Shown here: positions 18,972 to 27,403 of the stretch, piece by piece | How the letters are laid out: every line of letters begins with the position of its first letter | Position numbering within the stretch: the stretch's first letter is position 1 | Source of the DNA: Myxococcales bacterium | GTDB lineage: Bacteria; Myxococcota_A; UBA9042; JABWCM01; BTVJ01 | DNA length: 64,000 nt | Direction of reading: 5' to 3' | Assembly: GCA_045863395.1 (NCBI GenBank) | Contig: BTVJ01000008.1 | Location: 96,001 to 160,000, forward strand | The notes under the pieces: model-generated | The model's database searches: none | What the model saw: only the letters and a program-made list of their open reading frames with translations | What the model was told of the DNA's origin: nothing | Program-made: the position numbers and the translations under genes

Positions 18972-20333
18972 TCAGAGCGGTGGGAGCAGGGCGATGGCGG
19001 TGGCCGCGGCTCCGAGCGCCCCGAGGCGCACGGTCCAGGCCACGGGCCGCACGGCGGGGAAGGCCGCGAGCCCCCACCGCACGGAGAGGGCGCCGAGCGC
19101 GAGGGCCACAGGGGCGCCGACGAGGGCTGCGAGGGCGGCCCCACCGAGCCCGTCGGGGCCGAGGAGGCCCGCCGCTGCCGCGAGCCCGAGGGCCGGCGCC
19201 TGGAGCACGGCCACGGCCAGCAGGCGCGCGCGTGCGATCTCCCCCGCGGCGACGGGCAGCGAGCGCCCTGCGGACGGGGGCTCCAGCTCGGGCCCCAGCA
19301 GCCGGAAAGCGGGGTTGAACAGGGCGCCACCGACGGCGACGAGGAGCGCGCCCCACTCCCAGCCCGCGCCGCGGGCGTGGAGCAGTGCGCAGGCGCTGGC
19401 GAAGAGCACGAGGGCGACCCCGTCGACCCGGTGGCGGCGGCTCAACTGCACGACATCCTTCGTGAACACCTCGCGGGCGCTCCCCTCGAGGAGGCGCGCG
19501 GCCCAGAGCCCCCGCACGTGAGAGGGCAAGTGCTCCTCCCGCCAGGGCGGCACGATCTCCGCCTGCCAGAAGCGCGGGAGGATGGATGCATAAGACGCGG
19601 CGAAGGAGACCAGCGCCGAACGGATCGCGGCCGCAGCAGCGACCAGCGCGACGGCACCGGCGAGCAGCAGCGGCTTTGGGTTGCCCACCTGGAGCGAGGC
19701 GCGCGCGGCCAGATCGAGGACCACGGTGGCGACCAGGGTCGCGGCGAGGGCCAGCGCCGGAGAGTAGAAGAACCAGGCAGCCTCGGACGGCCCCAGGCCG
19801 CCGGCGAGCCGCCGCTTGACGTCCGAGTCGCCGGACAGCATGGCGGCGCCGGCCAGCAGGTGCGCAAGCAGGGCGAAGGGCACGGCCACGGCGGAGGTCA
19901 GCGCGACGACGGCGGCCGCGGCGAGGCCCAGCGGGGCGGCGCGCAGTGACAAGGGGGCGACCACGAGCAGGGCGACGGCGAGCAGCGGCAGGTGGAGCAG
20001 CGCGACGCGGACCGCGGTGTAGCGAGCCCAGGCGCGGGGCTCCACCGGCAGCGGCGCGAGCACTCGCGCCTCGTCGGTGCGGAACAGCGCCTCGAGGACC
20101 GTGTAGGACGTGATCATCGCGAGGGCCACGGCCAGCCAGAAGCCGAGCTCGCGGGCTGCCCCCGCCTGGTCCGAGGCCTCCAACACGGCGTCGGCCAAGC
20201 CACCGCCCGCCAGCAGGAGCCCGGCCGCCGCGCCGAGCCCGACCGCGCCGACGGTCAGCCGCGCGGCGACGGGTTGGCGGGACAGGCGGTTTCTCGCCAT
20301 GCGGGCGCGGTTCTCTGCGAGCAGCCTATCCAT
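18972..20333 (-). CDS. putative ABC exporter permease
   Basis: Many TM segments; directly upstream of the ABC ATPase. Confidence 0.7.
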   Translation of the reverse strand: MDRLLAENRARMARNRLSRQPVAARLTVGAVGLGAAAGLLLAGGGLADAVLEASDQAGAARELGFWLAVALAMITSYTVLEALFRTDEARVLAPLPVEPRAWARYTAVRVALLHLPLLAVALLVVAPLSLRAAPLGLAAAAVVALTSAVAVPFALLAHLLAGAAMLSGDSDVKRRLAGGLGPSEAAWFFYSPALALAATLVATVVLDLAARASLQVGNPKPLLLAGAVALVAAAAAIRSALVSFAASYASILPRFWQAEIVPPWREEHLPSHVRGLWAARLLEGSAREVFTKDVVQLSRRHRVDGVALVLFASACALLHARGAGWEWGALLVAVGGALFNPAFRLLGPELEPPSAGRSLPVAAGEIARARLLAVAVLQAPALGLAAAAGLLGPDGLGGAALAALVGAPVALALGALSVRWGLAAFPAVRPVAWTVRLGALGAAATAIALLPPL

Positions 20334-20339
20334 GGTCAG

Positions 20340-20792
20340 TCAGCGCGGCTTCCGAAAGGTGAGCAGGTTGTTGAGCACGAAGTTGAACACCGTGCCGAGC
20401 GCGATGCCCGTCAGGTTCGCCACCCAGGGCTCGGCGGCCCCGAGCGCGAGGATCACGTTGCCCGCCCCCGCCTGCACCGCGTATCCGCCGAGGCTCACGG
20501 CGTAGTAGGTGCCGAGGCGCTGCCAGAAGTGGGCGCGGCCGCGCTTCTCGCGGTCCCCCCAGGTCCACAGGTCGTTGAGGAGGAAGTTGCCGAAGCAGCT
20601 CACGGCAAAGCCCGCCGCCTGCGCGACGTTGAAGCGCAGCGCGTCGGGGAGCGTGGCGGCCAGGGCAAAGATGGCGAGGAACACGGCCATGTTGGACGCC
20701 ACGCCCGTGCCGCCGACCACGCAGAACTTGAGGAAGCGCACGCGCTCGGCCCCGAGCAGCGCCTCCAGGCGGGCCTCGATGCGTCTGATCAC
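20340..20792 (-). CDS. GtrA family membrane protein
   Basis: RFLKFCVVG...NFLLNDLWTW...NFVLNNLLTF pattern. Confidence 0.88.
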   Translation of the reverse strand: MIRRIEARLEALLGAERVRFLKFCVVGGTGVASNMAVFLAIFALAATLPDALRFNVAQAAGFAVSCFGNFLLNDLWTWGDREKRGRAHFWQRLGTYYAVSLGGYAVQAGAGNVILALGAAEPWVANLTGIALGTVFNFVLNNLLTFRKPR

Positions 20793-21682
20793 GGCTCCTC
20801 CCGAGGGCCGCCGCCCGTGAACAGCCGCACGCGCTCGAGCAGGGACACCGGCAGCCGCTCCGCGATCAGGGCGCGCACCTCGGCAGAGTCATAGAGCTGG
20901 CTGAAGTGCACGAGCACGACCACCTCGTTCTCGAACGCCTCGGCGCGTGAGGCGAGGTCGTCCACGTGGATGTGCCCCCCTGCCCGCACGGCCTCGCGGG
21001 GCTTGCGATCATCGACGAAGGTGCACTCGATGAGGAGCACCCGGCACGTCCGGACCAGGGGCTCCCTGTCGATGAGCTCCGGGAGGGTGTCGCCTGTGTA
21101 CGCGATCAGCGGCTCGTCCACCACCTCGAAGAGGTCGTGGGCGCCGTCGGCCCGCAGCCGGGCGATCTCGAGCCCCGGCAGCCCAAGCCACGGGGCCCGG
21201 AGCTTCTGCTTGCGCCGCACCACCACGTAGCCCAGGGTCGGGATCACGTGGGCGCTCTTGAACGGGACCACGTGCAGGCCCCGCCGGAGGGGGATCTCCT
21301 CATGGGGGCGCGCGTCCACCAGGCGCACGTCGAAGGCCCTGCCCTGGAGGCGCCCCCACACATCCACGAGCCCGCGGACCTCGTCGCCGATCCATGCGGG
21401 CACCACCAGCGTCGCCGTCGGCATGCGATAGAGCATTCGCATTCCGAGCCATGCGTGCAGCGACCCCATGTGGTCCGGGTGGGCGTGGGTCAGGAGCAGG
21501 GTCTTTGCCGTGACCGTCGTGTGGGGGCACGCGCCCACGTCCCACGCGACCCCCAGCTCCGGGACTGCAATGCTCGTCGCGATACCGCCCGTGCACACAC
21601 CGGTGATCGTCAGCCCTCCGACCGTGAGGGTGGCCCCATGCCGATTGCTGGTCTCCGTGGTCGACGCGCGCGGGCTGCTCAT
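20789..21682 (-). CDS. metallo-beta-lactamase fold RNase Z-like protein (TM-type)
   Basis: THAHPDH, KQKLR..LGLPG exosite, YTGDT, IECTF, GHIH, HFS. Confidence 0.8.
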   Translation of the reverse strand: MSSPRASTTETSNRHGATLTVGGLTITGVCTGGIATSIAVPELGVAWDVGACPHTTVTAKTLLLTHAHPDHMGSLHAWLGMRMLYRMPTATLVVPAWIGDEVRGLVDVWGRLQGRAFDVRLVDARPHEEIPLRRGLHVVPFKSAHVIPTLGYVVVRRKQKLRAPWLGLPGLEIARLRADGAHDLFEVVDEPLIAYTGDTLPELIDREPLVRTCRVLLIECTFVDDRKPREAVRAGGHIHVDDLASRAEAFENEVVVLVHFSQLYDSAEVRALIAERLPVSLLERVRLFTGGGPREEP

Positions 21683-22527
21683 CGGCGCCCCAGGTCCCGG
21701 AGGAGCTGGCGCGCCTCCTGGCGGTAGGGGCGGGCGATCAGCCGCCACTCGCCCTCCGCCGGGGCCGCCAGCACGTGCCTGAGCTGCGCGGTGGCCTCTC
21801 GTCGTCGCCCCACCTTGGCGTAGGCCTGCCCGAGGAACAGGTGGTTGAGCGGATTGGTCGGGTGCTTGCGCACGGCGGCCTCCAGGAGCTCCAGCCCCTC
21901 GTCCACGTCTCCGACGCCGGCAGGCCAGCTCGGCGCCTTGACGAGCAGGGCCCCGAGGATCCGGAGCCCGCCGCCCTCCATGAAGTCGGGGTGCGTCTCC
22001 GCGAGGTGCCTGGCGGGCTTCTCCACGGCCTCCTGCGTTGCTCGCCCCGGGGCGAGCTGGTGCATGGCGTTGAGCCCCGCAGAGGCGGCGGCCCAATAGT
22101 GGCCCTCGGGGCGCTCGGGGGTCACCGCGATGGCCCGCTCCGCCAGCTCCTCGGCCTGGCGGGCCATGCGGCGGGCCAGGTCGGAGTTGCTCGCGATGGT
22201 CTCGGCCAGCAGCGTGAAGCCGCGAGCGGCGCGCCAGAGCACCTCGAAGTCGTCCGGTGCGAGCTCCAGGGCCCTCTCCATGGCGGCGGCGGCCCTCCCG
22301 AGGACGCGGACGGATCGGCTCCGCTCTACGCCGCGGTCCGCCATGGCGATCAGCTCCGGCACGTTCGACGGCAGTCGCTCCCGCTCCAGATGGAGGCGCG
22401 GTCCCCGGGGCATCAGGGAGCAGCCGGCGAGGGCGACCCCGAGCACCGCGGCCACACCGATCCACCAGGCGCCGTCGCGTCGACGCGCGCCGACTGCCAC
22501 TCCCGACGGGCGCTCATGGGTGCTCAT
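21679..22527 (-). CDS. TPR lipoprotein
   Basis: LAGC lipobox; helical repeats (EVLWRAAR, EGHYWAA, NHLFLGQAY). Confidence 0.8.
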   Translation of the reverse strand: MSTHERPSGVAVGARRRDGAWWIGVAAVLGVALAGCSLMPRGPRLHLERERLPSNVPELIAMADRGVERSRSVRVLGRAAAAMERALELAPDDFEVLWRAARGFTLLAETIASNSDLARRMARQAEELAERAIAVTPERPEGHYWAAASAGLNAMHQLAPGRATQEAVEKPARHLAETHPDFMEGGGLRILGALLVKAPSWPAGVGDVDEGLELLEAAVRKHPTNPLNHLFLGQAYAKVGRRREATAQLRHVLAAPAEGEWRLIARPYRQEARQLLRDLGRR

Positions 22528-22668
22528 CGCGGCGCATTGTACCGTGGAGGGGGGGCAATGCAACTTGACGGGCAGGCCCGTCGCGACGTGCCCCGCGACC
22601 CGGCCGGGAGGCTCGGGGCAATGCCCGGCGCCTGGACCACCGCGCCCATCCGGGCTACCCTGGCGCGC

Positions 22669-23625
22669 ATGTGCTCCCCCGAGGCCCGCACCGCCCTGGT
22701 CAAGTCCCTCGCGCTGGAGGCGGGCTTCAGCCGCGTGGGCATCGCCCCCGTGGGGCCGCTGGCGGCGGGGCCTCGTTTCGTGGAGTGGCTCCGCCGGGGC
22801 TACCAGGGTGAGATGGACTACATGGAGCGAGAGCCGGAGCGCCGCGCGGACCCTCGGGGAGCGCGAGGCTGGGCGCGCAGCGCCATCGCCCTGGCCCTGG
22901 ACTACCATACGGATCACCCGCTCAGCGTCGACGTCCCCGACGATCGGGACCGGGGCTGGATCTCGCGCTACGCGTGGGGTCGCGACTACCACTACGTGGC
23001 CTTGAAGCGCCTCCGGGCCCTGGAGTCCACCCTCAACGCCCACGCAGAGACCCGCGGTCGCCACCACTGGTACGTGGACACGGGGCCGCTCCTGGAGAAA
23101 CCCCTCGCCGCGCTGGCGGGACTGGGCTGGCAGGGCAAGAACACGCTGCTGATTCACCCCAAGGCGGGGAGCTGGTTCTTCCTGGCCTTCCTGCTGTCGG
23201 ACCTCGAGCTGGTGCCCGACGCACCCATGCCGGACCTGTGTGGTACATGCACGCGGTGCCTCGACGCCTGCCCGACGGCGGCCTTCCCGGAGCCGGGAGT
23301 GCTCGACGCGCGCCGCTGCATCAGCTACCTGACCATCGAGCAGGAGGGGGACATCCCCGCCGAACACCGGGGCGGGGTAGGGCGGCACGTCTTCGGGTGC
23401 GACATCTGCCAGGACGTGTGCCCGTGGAACCGCAAGGCCCCCACGGTGGACGAGCCGGACTTCGAGCCGCGCCCGGGGATGTTCCACCCGCGCCTCGACG
23501 CGCTCCTGGCGCTGGACGAGGAGGGCTTCCGCGACGCCTTCACCCGGTCGCCGGTCAAGCGCCGCAAGGCCGCAGGCCTGCGTATGAGCGTGGCCTCGGC
23601 CATGCGCCGGAGCGAGCATGGCTGA
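22669..23625 (+). CDS. queG: epoxyqueuosine reductase
   Basis: ISRYAWGRDYH, VDTGPLLEK, GLGWQGKN, GSWFFL, CGTCTRCLDACP, CISYLTIE, GCDICQDVCPWN. Confidence 0.95.
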   Translation: MCSPEARTALVKSLALEAGFSRVGIAPVGPLAAGPRFVEWLRRGYQGEMDYMEREPERRADPRGARGWARSAIALALDYHTDHPLSVDVPDDRDRGWISRYAWGRDYHYVALKRLRALESTLNAHAETRGRHHWYVDTGPLLEKPLAALAGLGWQGKNTLLIHPKAGSWFFLAFLLSDLELVPDAPMPDLCGTCTRCLDACPTAAFPEPGVLDARRCISYLTIEQEGDIPAEHRGGVGRHVFGCDICQDVCPWNRKAPTVDEPDFEPRPGMFHPRLDALLALDEEGFRDAFTRSPVKRRKAAGLRMSVASAMRRSEHG

Positions 23626-25933
23626 GGCGCTCGACCCGGTCGTCCCCATCGTCCTGCGGCCTCGCGAGCGCCCCACCTCCTCGCCCAGAGCACCGCTGGC
23701 CGCATCGGGACGGGTCGCCCTCGACAAGGTCTCACTGCGCATCATCGGGCTCACGGGCGAGGACGATGCCGTCGACCTCCGGGAGCGCTTGCGCCGCCTG
23801 CCGGGTGTGGAGGCCGCCCAGGTGGACTTCGGGCCGGAGCACGCGACCGTCTGGGTGTCCGATCCCCGGACGACGCCCGCCTGGGTCCGGGAGGCGGTGC
23901 GCAGCGCAGGGTTCGAGGCGATCCCCGAGGCGGCTCCGCCAGCCAGGGAGGGAGCCCGGCGGCTGCGCGTCGAGCTGCGGCGCCTGGCAGCGGTGGCCGC
24001 AACCGGGGTGCCCGCGTGGCTGCTCGATCTGGCATCCGGCGTGACCGTGGCTACGGGGCTCCCCACGGACGCCTACCGGCGCGACCTCCAGCTCTTCCTC
24101 ACCGCGATCACCGTGTTCTGGGGCGCCCGGCACCTCTGGTGGCGCATGGTGAGCCGGGCTGGGCTCGGGCGCACCGAGCTGCTGTCCGGTCTCCTGGAGG
24201 AGGGCCCGGCGGCTCTCGCCATCGCGCTCGGTTTCGGGGCCGGTCTCATCGGCTTTGGGGCCGGGCTCTCCCTCGGAGTGCTCGGCACCACCGCCGCCCT
24301 CGCGGTGCTGGTCCAGGCGGGGCGGGCGGCGGAGGAGGCCATCCGGCAGCGGGTGCTGCCCGGCGACGAGGCGCTCACCACCGGCCTGCCCGAGATGGCC
24401 GTGGTCCAGTGGGACGAGCGCGAGTTCCTGGTCCGTGCCGACCACCTGGTGCCCGGGGACCTGGTCGTGGTCGGCGAGCGCGACGTGTGCCCCGTGGGTG
24501 GCTACATCGAGCAGGGCGCCGCCGTCATCGACGAGAGCCTGATCACCGGCCGCGAGAGCCCCTCGGAGCGCGTTGCCGGCGACCAGATCCTGGCGGGGGC
24601 TGCAGTGCGCACGGGGCGGCTCGTGGTCCGGGCTCGGCAGGTGGGGGCGCGCACCCTCCTGGCGCGGGTCACGCGGATGTCCCACGCCGTGCCGCGGACC
24701 CGGGGGCCATCCACAGAGGTCGCGGCTCGCCTGGCCATCGCCGTCAACGTCGGCGCCGTCGTCCTCGCCATCGCAGCGGCCGTGGTGGCGAGCACCCAGG
24801 GAGCGTCCCCCATCCTGCCCGCGCTGGCGGTGCTCGCGGCCGTGGGCACGCGGGCCGTCATCCTCTCGGTGCCGGTCGCGGTGGGCGCCGCAAGCGCGCT
24901 GGCGGGGCGGCACGGGATTCTCCTGAGGGACGCGGCGACCTTGGACGCGGCCGCGGACGTGAGGATCGCGGCTCTCGGGAGGGTCGGGGTGCTGACGACG
25001 GGGCGCCCAACTATCCCCCAGCTCAGCGTGCTGGTGGACGACGTGAGCGAGGAGCGCATCCTGGCGGTCGCCGCGGCCGTCGAGCGCGGGGTGCGGCACC
25101 CCGTCGCACGCGCTTTCGTCGAGCTGGCGGCTGAGCGAGGGGCCAGCGTCGCGGGTCTGGCGATCAGCGGCACGCGCCGCGTGCCGGGTCATGGGGTCGA
25201 GTCGACGGTGGACGGAGCGTCCGTGGCCATCGGCAACGAGGCGCACATGGCTGCGCTCGGGATCGCGCTGCCCCCCGTCGACCACCCTCTGGGCCCGCTC
25301 GACATCCCGCTCGCGCCCAACTTCATCGCCATCGGAGGGCGGGTCGTGGCCGTGGGCTACGTCCTCGACCCGGTCCGCGAAGACGCGGCGGACGGCGTGT
25401 ACCTGCTCCGCAAGCGCCGCCTCCGGCCGGTCCTCCTCACGGGCGAGGATCGCCCCGTCGTCGACGCCCTCGCCCGGGTGGTCGGCGTCGCGGACGTGCA
25501 CGCGGGAATCCCGCCCGAGGAGCAGCGCCGCATCGTCGCTCGGCTGGCGGAGCAGGGCGGGGTCGCAGCGGTCGTCGGCGCCCAGAGCGACGTGGGGCTC
25601 CTGGGCCCCGCAAGCGTCGGCTTCCTGCTGGTCTCAGACAGCCGGCTCCCCAACGCGGACGCAGGCGTCACCTTGCTTCGCGGCGCTCTCGACGGCGTCA
25701 CCGCGACGGTCTCCATCGCCCGGAAGCTCCGTCACGTCGTGCGGGTCGGCCACCTGCTGATCGGCGCCTGGCACGTGGTGGTGTTCGGCCTGGCCACCCT
25801 GGGCGTCATCTCGCCCGTGGTCGCGGCGCTGTCCGCCATCGCCCTGAGCCTGGCGGTGACGGAGAACGCGCTTCGAGCCTCGGCCGCCACCGTGGAGCCG
25901 CCGCGTCCGCCCAGGTCCATGACCCGCCACTGA
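23618..25933 (+). CDS. degenerate heavy-metal P1B-type ATPase-like protein
   Basis: Complete P1B architecture (HMA, DESLITG, HPVA, PGHGV) but catalytic motifs replaced; 8-bp overlap with queG. Confidence 0.85.
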   Translation: MAEALDPVVPIVLRPRERPTSSPRAPLAASGRVALDKVSLRIIGLTGEDDAVDLRERLRRLPGVEAAQVDFGPEHATVWVSDPRTTPAWVREAVRSAGFEAIPEAAPPAREGARRLRVELRRLAAVAATGVPAWLLDLASGVTVATGLPTDAYRRDLQLFLTAITVFWGARHLWWRMVSRAGLGRTELLSGLLEEGPAALAIALGFGAGLIGFGAGLSLGVLGTTAALAVLVQAGRAAEEAIRQRVLPGDEALTTGLPEMAVVQWDEREFLVRADHLVPGDLVVVGERDVCPVGGYIEQGAAVIDESLITGRESPSERVAGDQILAGAAVRTGRLVVRARQVGARTLLARVTRMSHAVPRTRGPSTEVAARLAIAVNVGAVVLAIAAAVVASTQGASPILPALAVLAAVGTRAVILSVPVAVGAASALAGRHGILLRDAATLDAAADVRIAALGRVGVLTTGRPTIPQLSVLVDDVSEERILAVAAAVERGVRHPVARAFVELAAERGASVAGLAISGTRRVPGHGVESTVDGASVAIGNEAHMAALGIALPPVDHPLGPLDIPLAPNFIAIGGRVVAVGYVLDPVREDAADGVYLLRKRRLRPVLLTGEDRPVVDALARVVGVADVHAGIPPEEQRRIVARLAEQGGVAAVVGAQSDVGLLGPASVGFLLVSDSRLPNADAGVTLLRGALDGVTATVSIARKLRHVVRVGHLLIGAWHVVVFGLATLGVISPVVAALSAIALSLAVTENALRASAATVEPPRPPRSMTRH

Positions 25934-25951
25934 GCCACCTCGCTTTTGTGC

Positions 25952-25980
25952 TTGCTTCGCCGAAGGGGCCGTGCTACAAA
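25952..25980 (+). promoter_or_regulatory. sigma70-type promoter of tRNA-Ala
   Basis: TTGCTT-17-TACAAA with extended TG. Confidence 0.55.
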
Positions 25981-25997
25981 CCGCGTCACTTTTCGGC

Positions 25998-26070
25998 GGG
26001 GCTGTAGCTCAGCTGGGAGAGCGCCTGAATGGCATTCAGGAGGCCGTCGGTTCGATCCCGATCAGCTCCA
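25998..26070 (+). tRNA. tRNA-Ala (GGC), 3' CCA not encoded
   Basis: GGGGCTGTAGCTCAGCTGGGAGAGCG...TGGCA...GGTTCGATCCC...AGCTCCA cloverleaf. Confidence 0.97.
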
Positions 26071-26130
26071 CTGAAATCGGGGACCTAGCCAGTCCTCGGA
26101 CGATGCCCGGCGCCCGCGTCGGGCATCGAA

Positions 26131-26172
26131 GACGAAGCCCTCGGAGTCCTGCTCCGGGGGCTTTGTCGTTTC
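26131..26172 (+). terminator. intrinsic terminator-like hairpin after tRNA
   Basis: GACGAAGCCCTCGGAG / CTCCGGGGGCTTTGTC stem followed by a short T run; second hairpin at 26101-26128. Confidence 0.65.
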
Positions 26173-26248
26173 TGGAGTCCTTGCCAATGGGAAGGGACCG
26201 GGCCCGGTCAGCTGTTGGAGCGCTCGTCACCACTCCCGGAGAGCACCC

Positions 26249-27403
26249 ATGGACATGATCGACCGCAGGAAGGCTCTGGAGCTGATCGTCGCGGGAGCCC
26301 TGGCGACGAGCTGCAAGGGCACCGCACCCGCCCAGGAGGCAACCGTCATCGAGCCGAGAGCCCCGCAGGCGCCACCGCCCCCGACCAACCCCGTCGCCGT
26401 GATCGATCCCGTCGTCGCCGTGACGCCCCTCGGGTTCCCCTGGCGCACCCAGGACCCCTTCCTGTTCTGCGTGCACCACGATGATCGCTATCCCGCGGGC
26501 AACGACCGCATGGGGCCAGCGGCCTCCCTCGCGGGGCGCATGATCGGCCGCGACTTCGAGGGCAAGGACGGCTGGCGCATGTACCACGGTGAGACGGTGC
26601 CCGGGTTCCCCGAGCACCCCCACCGCGGCTTCGAGACCGTCACCGTCGTCCGCACGGGCCTGCTGGACCACGCCGACTCGCTGGGCGCCGCCGCGCGCTA
26701 CGGCCGAGGGGACGTGCAGTGGCTGACGGCAGGCGCGGGCATCCAGCACGCAGAGATGTTCCCCCTCCTCGACCAGGCGGGCCCCAACCCCGTGGAGCTG
26801 TTCCAGATCTGGCTCAACCTGCCCGCGGCGCGCAAGATGGCGAGGCCCTACTTCTCCATGCTCTGGGCGGACACCATCCCGCGCCGCGTCACGCCGGAGG
26901 GGGCGGAGGTCGCCGTCGTCGCCGGGCGCCTCGGCGACCTCGTGCCGCCGTCCCCGCCTCCCGAGTCCTGGGCGTCCTCAGCCGAGGCCGACGTGGCCAT
27001 CTGGACGCTCAAGCTGAGGCCGGGAGCGCGCTTCACCCTCCCGGCCGCCAACGCGGGCACCAACCGGAGCCTGTACTTCTTCCGGGGCTCGTCGCTCACG
27101 CTGGCCGGCCGCCCCATCCCCGCGGGCCACCAGGTGGACCTCCTGGGAGCCGTAGAGGTCTCCCTCCTGGCAGGCCCCGACGAGGTGGAGCTGCTCCTCC
27201 TGCAGGGGCGCCCCATCGGCGAGCCGGTGGTCACACACGGTCCCTTCGTGATGAACACTCAAGCGGAGATCCAGCAGGCCTTCGCCGACTACCGTCGCAC
27301 CCGCTTCGGAGGCTGGCCCTGGCCGTCGAGCGACCCGGTCCACCCGCGCGCCGAGGGGCGCTTCGCTCGTCACCCGGATGGCCGCGTCGAGCGACCCGCC
27401 TGA
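26249..27403 (+). CDS. pirin family protein with Tat/lipoprotein-like leader
   Basis: DPFLF, GFPEHPHRGFETVT, GDVQWLTAG.GIQHAE, FQIWLNLP, GPFVMN. Confidence 0.92.
   Translation: MDMIDRRKALELIVAGALATSCKGTAPAQEATVIEPRAPQAPPPPTNPVAVIDPVVAVTPLGFPWRTQDPFLFCVHHDDRYPAGNDRMGPAASLAGRMIGRDFEGKDGWRMYHGETVPGFPEHPHRGFETVTVVRTGLLDHADSLGAAARYGRGDVQWLTAGAGIQHAEMFPLLDQAGPNPVELFQIWLNLPAARKMARPYFSMLWADTIPRRVTPEGAEVAVVAGRLGDLVPPSPPPESWASSAEADVAIWTLKLRPGARFTLPAANAGTNRSLYFFRGSSLTLAGRPIPAGHQVDLLGAVEVSLLAGPDEVELLLLQGRPIGEPVVTHGPFVMNTQAEIQQAFADYRRTRFGGWPWPSSDPVHPRAEGRFARHPDGRVERPA

Noticed and set aside
23618..25933. Annotation as a functional copper/zinc ATPase, or as a pseudogene
   Set aside because: The catalytic Asp and metal ligands are absent, yet the reading frame is intact
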